Positions 12,428 through 15,746 of a stretch of 15,746 nucleotides of DNA are shown one piece after another; the stretch's first letter is position 1; each line of letters starts with the position of its first letter. Source of the stretch: a bacterium (GTDB taxonomy: Bacteria; Patescibacteriota; Minisyncoccia; Phycocordibacterales; Phycocordibacteraceae); assembly GCA_021813965.1 (NCBI GenBank), contig JAKAJB010000007.1, positions 1 to 15,746 of the forward strand, given 5' to 3'. A program made the position numbers and the translations under genes. The notes under the pieces were generated by a model. That model was not told where the DNA came from. It saw nothing but the letters and a program-made list of their open reading frames with translations, and made no database searches.

Positions 12428-12850
12428 ATGGCTACCATAGTTAAAAAGATAAAATTGCAGATTCCGGGAGGGAAGGCGACCCCGGCCCCGCCGGTCGGTA
12501 CCGCGCTCGGCCCCGCCGGCGTGAATATCGGTCAGTTCGTCACGCAGTTCAACGATGCGACGAAGGACAAGATGGGCACGATCATCCCGGTTGAGCTCTC
12601 GGTCTTCGACGACCGCACGTTCACCTTCATCATGAAGAATCCGCCGGCATCCCGGCTCATCCTGAAGGCGCTCGGCATCGAGAAGGGCTCTCTGAAGCCG
12701 AAGAAGGATCGCAAGGCGGGCACGCTCACCAAGGCGATGATCGACGCGATCGTCGCCGAGAAGATGCCGGATCTCCGTGCGAACTCTCCGGAGGCGGCTG
12801 CGAACCTCATCAAGGGCACGGCGCAGAGCATGGGCGTTGACGTCGAATAA
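12428..12850 (+). CDS. rplK: 50S ribosomal protein uL11, 140 aa
   Basis: [34 protein letters not shown]...[23 protein letters not shown] is collinear with uL11. Confidence 0.95.
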   Translation: MATIVKKIKLQIPGGKATPAPPVGTALGPAGVNIGQFVTQFNDATKDKMGTIIPVELSVFDDRTFTFIMKNPPASRLILKALGIEKGSLKPKKDRKAGTLTKAMIDAIVAEKMPDLRANSPEAAANLIKGTAQSMGVDVE

Positions 12851-12958
12851 AGACGTCAACGGACCTTGTGAGGTATTTTAGAGCGGAGCGAATAAAAATA
12901 TCCACAAGGTGTACAGTTCCTGTAAGGAATGGAAGTGGAGAAATAACGAATCATTTTT

Positions 12959-12987
12959 AAAAAAGACGGCACCCGCAAGGGTGCCGT
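12959..12987 (-). terminator. intrinsic terminator for folA (possibly bidirectional): ACGGCACCC-GCAA-GGGTGCCGT plus T tract on minus
   Basis: 9-bp stem with a GCAA tetraloop. On the minus strand it is followed by CTTTTTT. It lies 17 nt beyond the folA stop. Confidence 0.75.
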
Positions 12988-13003
12988 TTGCATTTCGCCG
13001 CGA

Positions 13004-13525
13004 TTACGCGGCTGCTCTCTCATAGATGTGGAACGAGGTCGTGTACTCATCGTTTGGATGCCTCGGCTCGCTCGTCATCGCTTCCTGTCGCCAATTGAAC
13101 AGCCTCATGTTGGGGAAGTACGTATCGCCATATATCAAGGCGTGGATCTTCGTGAGGTACGCTTTTTGCACGAATGGAAGGAACTGGCGGTATATATCTT
13201 CGCCGCCAGCGATGAATATTTCATCCGCTCCGGTGGCTCGCCGCGCCGCCGCGATAGCGTGCGCGAGCGAATGCACGACAATCGCACCATCTGCCGAGTA
13301 GTCCTCCTGTCGTGTCACGACGATATTGGTGCGTGCTCTGAGCGGACGAGACCTTTCCGGTATCGATTCCCAGTTCTTGCGCCCCATAATGACAGGGTGT
13401 CCGGTCGTGAGCCGTTCGAATCGTGCGAGGTCGCTCGGGAGGTGCCAGGGAAGCTTGTTGTCTCGCCCGATAACTCCGTTCTTCGCCACTGCAGCGATGA
13501 GTGAAAGAACGCTTTCCGATTGCAT
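13004..13525 (-). CDS. folA: dihydrofolate reductase, 173 aa
   Basis: [48 protein letters not shown]...NIVVTR...[10 protein letters not shown] is the DHFR signature. Start taken at ATG 13525, preceded by AGGGAGA; the track start 13579 adds 18 unsupported residues. Confidence 0.9.
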   Translation of the reverse strand: MQSESVLSLIAAVAKNGVIGRDNKLPWHLPSDLARFERLTTGHPVIMGRKNWESIPERSRPLRARTNIVVTRQEDYSADGAIVVHSLAHAIAAARRATGADEIFIAGGEDIYRQFLPFVQKAYLTKIHALIYGDTYFPNMRLFNWRQEAMTSEPRHPNDEYTTSFHIYERAAA

Positions 13526-13557
13526 GATGAATCTCCCTTTGTCGGTTGTCTGCAGCC

Positions 13558-13586
13558 ATATTCCTGCCGAAGGGCTCACGTGTCAA
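13558..13586 (-). promoter_or_regulatory. promoter TTGACA-N17-GAATAT for folA
   Basis: Read on the minus strand: TTGACA (13586-13581), 17-nt spacer, GAATAT (13563-13558). Back-to-back with the thyA -35, 3 bp apart. Confidence 0.5.
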
Positions 13587-13589
13587 TAT

Positions 13590-13618
13590 TTGCGTCCCGC
13601 CCGCGCGGGGCGTACAGT
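13590..13618 (+). promoter_or_regulatory. promoter TTGCGT-N17-TACAGT(GCG) for thyA
   Basis: Hexamers 13590-13595 and 13613-13618. The 11-mer CGTACAGTGCG plus CGGGT is shared with the dcd upstream region. Confidence 0.55.
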
Positions 13619-13657
13619 GCGTCCGGGTCAATCCGGCCCTCCTTCGGAGGATGCATG

Positions 13658-14503
13658 ATGAAGCAGTACCTTGATTTGGAACGAGAAATCCTGGAACGCG
13701 GACATAAGAAGTCTGACCGCACCGGTACGGGGACATTGAGCCTTTTCGGCACGCAAATGCGTTTCGACCTCGCGGCCGGCTTCCCGCTGCTGACGACGAA
13801 GAAACTGCATCTGCGTTCTATCATTTATGAACTGCTGTGGTTCCTGCGCGGCGACACCAACATCCGCTATCTGCAAGAGCATGGAGTAACAATCTGGGAT
13901 GAGTGGGCCGACGAGCGGGGCGATATCGGTCCGGCATATGGCGCGCAGTGGCGGAGATGGCCGAAACTCGTGCATGTCCCGGCGCACACCGAGGGCACCG
14001 AGTTGATCCCGGATTATCACAAGATCGAGTATATCGACCAGATACTTGAGCTCATCCGCGGCCTGAAGCAGAACCCGGACTCACGCCGGCATATCGTCTC
14101 CGCGTGGAACCCTGCCGACGTGCCGAAGATGAAGTTGCCGCCCTGTCATGCGTTGTTCCAGTTCTACGTGGCAGGCGGCAAGCTCTCGTGCCAGCTGTAT
14201 CAGCGCAGCTGCGACGTCTTCCTCGGCGTGCCGTTCAACATCGCGAGTTATGCGCTCCTTACGATGATGATTGCGCAGGTCTGCGGATATGAGCTCGGTG
14301 AATTCGTTTGGACTGGCGGCGATACGCACCTGTACTTGAACCATCTGGATCAGGCGAGACTGCAGCTCACGCGCGAGCCTCGACCGCTCCCTACGATACA
14401 GCTCAATCCGTATGTGAAGGATATTTTCGATTTCAAATTCGAAGACTTCGTCCTGGAAGGGTACGATCCGTGGCCGGCCATTCCGGCACCGATAGCGGTT
14501 TGA
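13658..14503 (+). CDS. thyA: thymidylate synthase ThyA, 281 aa
   Basis: [38 protein letters not shown]...[17 protein letters not shown]...[12 protein letters not shown]...[12 protein letters not shown]...[26 protein letters not shown] is collinear with E. coli ThyA, with a ~15-aa insertion near residue 95. GGAGG lies 7 nt before ATG 13658. Confidence 0.95.
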   Translation: MKQYLDLEREILERGHKKSDRTGTGTLSLFGTQMRFDLAAGFPLLTTKKLHLRSIIYELLWFLRGDTNIRYLQEHGVTIWDEWADERGDIGPAYGAQWRRWPKLVHVPAHTEGTELIPDYHKIEYIDQILELIRGLKQNPDSRRHIVSAWNPADVPKMKLPPCHALFQFYVAGGKLSCQLYQRSCDVFLGVPFNIASYALLTMMIAQVCGYELGEFVWTGGDTHLYLNHLDQARLQLTREPRPLPTIQLNPYVKDIFDFKFEDFVLEGYDPWPAIPAPIAV

Positions 14504-14527
14504 TCGGCATTCGACAGTTCTTTCATG

Positions 14528-14557
14528 CGGCGACTTCGGTCGCCGTTCTTCATTTTC
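14528..14557 (+). terminator. intrinsic terminator CGGCGAC-TTCG-GTCGCCG plus a T-rich tail after thyA
   Basis: 7-bp GC stem with a UUCG tetraloop, followed by TTCTTCATTTTC. Confidence 0.7.
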
Positions 14558-14565
14558 ATACCGGT

Positions 14566-14594
14566 TTGCTTTTCGTGCCTCCGACGCGTACAGT
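14566..14594 (+). promoter_or_regulatory. promoter TTGCTT-N17-TACAGT(GCG) for dcd
   Basis: Hexamers 14566-14571 and 14589-14594, followed by a ~50-nt leader with AAGGAG 7 nt before ATG 14652. Confidence 0.55.
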
Positions 14595-14651
14595 GCGCTC
14601 GGGTTGCACTATTCATCTTCAATCAGAATCAGACAGAAAAGGAGAAACGTC

Positions 14652-15746
14652 ATGTCACGAACAGGCGTGTTGCCGAAGCAGATGCTTCGAGAGCTTTTCA
14701 CGACCGGCTACATCACGGGTATCGGCGAACAATATCTCAATCCGGCATCAATCGACCTGCCTCTTTCGAAAGAAGCCTATCGGCTCGAGAGCATCTTCCT
14801 CCCGCTCCGCGGCGAGAAGGTGCGTGATCTCTTGCCGCTTGTCGGCGCGACACCGCACCATTTCAGCAATCCGCTCGAGGTCGGGGTGCCGTACTTGATT
14901 CGCGTGGGAGGGGAGTGGAACCTTCCGAGCACGGTGTACGGCTATGCGAATCCGAAGTCGTCAACCGGGCGGAACGGATTTTTCTGCCGGACGGTCGCGG
15001 ACAAGGTCGACATGTACGAGGCGTTGGTCGGTCCCGGCTGGAGCGGGGAGACATGGGTGCTTGCGCGCCCGGATTATTTCCCGGTATTGCTCGCGCCCGG
15101 CCTTGCGGTGTCGCAGATGCGTTTCTTTGATGGGAAGTCATTCCTCGATGATCTGCATACCGAATTCGCGATACAGCAGTCGGGAATGCTCTTCGACGAA
15201 CAGGGCAGGAAGTTATCTCTTTCGGATACGCGTCGGCACGCCGATTCGTTCCTGCTGACGCTTCGTGTCGGCGAAGCGATGGGCTGGGAATGTCACGGGA
15301 CGCGCAAGGTGCTCGATATGAGCAAGAAGGATTTCTACGATCCTGACGACTTCTTCAAGCCGATACGTGTTACGGACGGGAGATATATCCTGCGCAAGGG
15401 CGGCTTTTACATCCTCACGACGAAAGAGCGCGTGATGGTTCCGCCATACCTCTCAGCAGAACTGCGCGCTATGGATCCGCGGCTCGGCGAATTCCGATCG
15501 CATGCTGCCGGCTATATCGACCCAGGTTGGGGATACGGCGTTGCTGGCGAGGAATGCGCCCGGCCGATTACGCTCGAGGTCATCCCGCAGGAAGACATGC
15601 TCGTGCGCGACGGCCAGACAGTCGCCCGTATCAGGTACGAGTACATGAAGGAAATTCCTGAGACCGTGTATGACGCCGCAGCGTCGAATTACACCGACCA
15701 GCGCACCGCGCGGCTCTCGAAGCACTTCAAGAGGACGGGTTCCTGA
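14652..15746 (+). CDS. dcd: 2'-deoxycytidine 5'-triphosphate deaminase, long (~360 aa) DCD-family form, 364 aa
   Basis: Size and layout of the long dCTP deaminase family. N-terminus MSRTGVLPKQMLRELF...NPASIDLPL, and a C-terminal dUTPase-fold motif SHAAGYIDPGWG...ITLEV. Start ATG 14652 has an SD; the track start 14604 does not. The TGA stop is the last 3 nt of the window. Confidence 0.8.
   Translation: MSRTGVLPKQMLRELFTTGYITGIGEQYLNPASIDLPLSKEAYRLESIFLPLRGEKVRDLLPLVGATPHHFSNPLEVGVPYLIRVGGEWNLPSTVYGYANPKSSTGRNGFFCRTVADKVDMYEALVGPGWSGETWVLARPDYFPVLLAPGLAVSQMRFFDGKSFLDDLHTEFAIQQSGMLFDEQGRKLSLSDTRRHADSFLLTLRVGEAMGWECHGTRKVLDMSKKDFYDPDDFFKPIRVTDGRYILRKGGFYILTTKERVMVPPYLSAELRAMDPRLGEFRSHAAGYIDPGWGYGVAGEECARPITLEVIPQEDMLVRDGQTVARIRYEYMKEIPETVYDAAASNYTDQRTARLSKHFKRTGS

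Noticed and set aside
13520-13657. N-terminal extensions of track ORFs: thyA from 13520, folA to 13579, dcd from 14604, tRNA-binding protein from 1640, secE from 11341, pil ORF4 from 4180
   Set aside because: The extensions are not collinear with the known family N-termini, they cross promoters or neighbouring genes, and downstream starts have SDs or -10 boxes at proper spacing.
13526-13657. THF or ZTP (pfl) riboswitch in the folA/thyA intergenic region, and a cobalamin riboswitch upstream of the adenosyltransferase (8332-8421)
   Set aside because: The conserved cores I know (ZTP GGGTCGTGAC...CCGCCTGGGC; the B12 box) are absent, and both regions are short and already filled by two divergent promoters. 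Only a small CCTCC-TTC-GGAGG hairpin over the thyA SD was seen, which is too weak to call.
1-15746. Alternative genetic code (UGA recoding, as in some CPR lineages)
   Set aside because: TGA terminates well-defined genes at family-appropriate lengths (157-aa protein, pilM, pilN, pilO, dcd), and the GC-rich composition is unlike code-25 lineages. I saw no in-frame TGA within recognised genes.
1-15746. CRISPR arrays, IS elements, integrases, toxin-antitoxin pairs or known defence operons
   Set aside because: There are no regularly spaced direct repeats, no transposase/recombinase-like ORFs and no recognisable defence domains apart from the stand-alone HNH. The only repeat structures are the short tRNA-associated ones reported as findings.

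Overview
High-GC (by eye about 60%) bacterial chromosomal segment. The gene content and small-protein families look like a Candidate Phyla Radiation / Parcubacteria-type genome; that placement is inference from DUF5652-like and Cys-motif proteins, compact overlapping genes, and rplK without rplA. Standard genetic code: TGA closes pilM, pilN, pilO and dcd. Most of the window is housekeeping. It holds ruvX, a Trbp111/CsaA-like tRNA-binding protein, and a translationally coupled pilM / pilN-like / pilO-like / 102-aa membrane protein block. It also holds uppS, an RluA-family pseudouridine synthase, rplS (internal insertion plus acidic tail), a PduO-type cob(I)alamin adenosyltransferase and a SIMPL/DUF541 protein. 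The window ends with secE-nusG-rplK and a dTMP block: folA divergent from thyA, followed by long-form dcd. There are six tRNAs: Ser-TGA on minus, an Arg-TCT / Leu-CAG / Val-TAC cluster, Leu-GAG, and His-GTG with G-1 and encoded CCA. I see no rRNA, CRISPR, transposase, integrase or recognisable defence genes, and I cannot point to a clear multi-gene novel system. The unusual content sits in short low-GC patches that all abut tRNA genes. (1) An HNH endonuclease gene has its last 10 nt and stop codon inside tRNA-Arg. (2) A 226-bp AT-rich spacer in the tRNA cluster carries a 40-codon SD-led ORF. (3) A 128-bp segment after tRNA-Leu(GAG) is flanked by 12-bp direct repeats of the tRNA 3' end and contains an inverted copy of its T arm; a self-contained 47-codon very basic ORF follows it. 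(4) An ~860-bp single-gene methyltransferase cassette lies directly after the CCA of tRNA-His, bracketed by a 7-bp direct repeat and matching hairpin termini. Regulatory observations: about nine genes have a TAnnnT -10 box 5-8 nt before the ATG and no SD, suggesting leaderless mRNAs. A recurrent TTGCnY-N17-TACAGTGCG promoter precedes rplS, thyA and dcd. A near-consensus promoter followed at once by a terminator-like hairpin lies in the secE-nusG leader. All coordinates and motifs were read by hand from the sequence; no searches were run.
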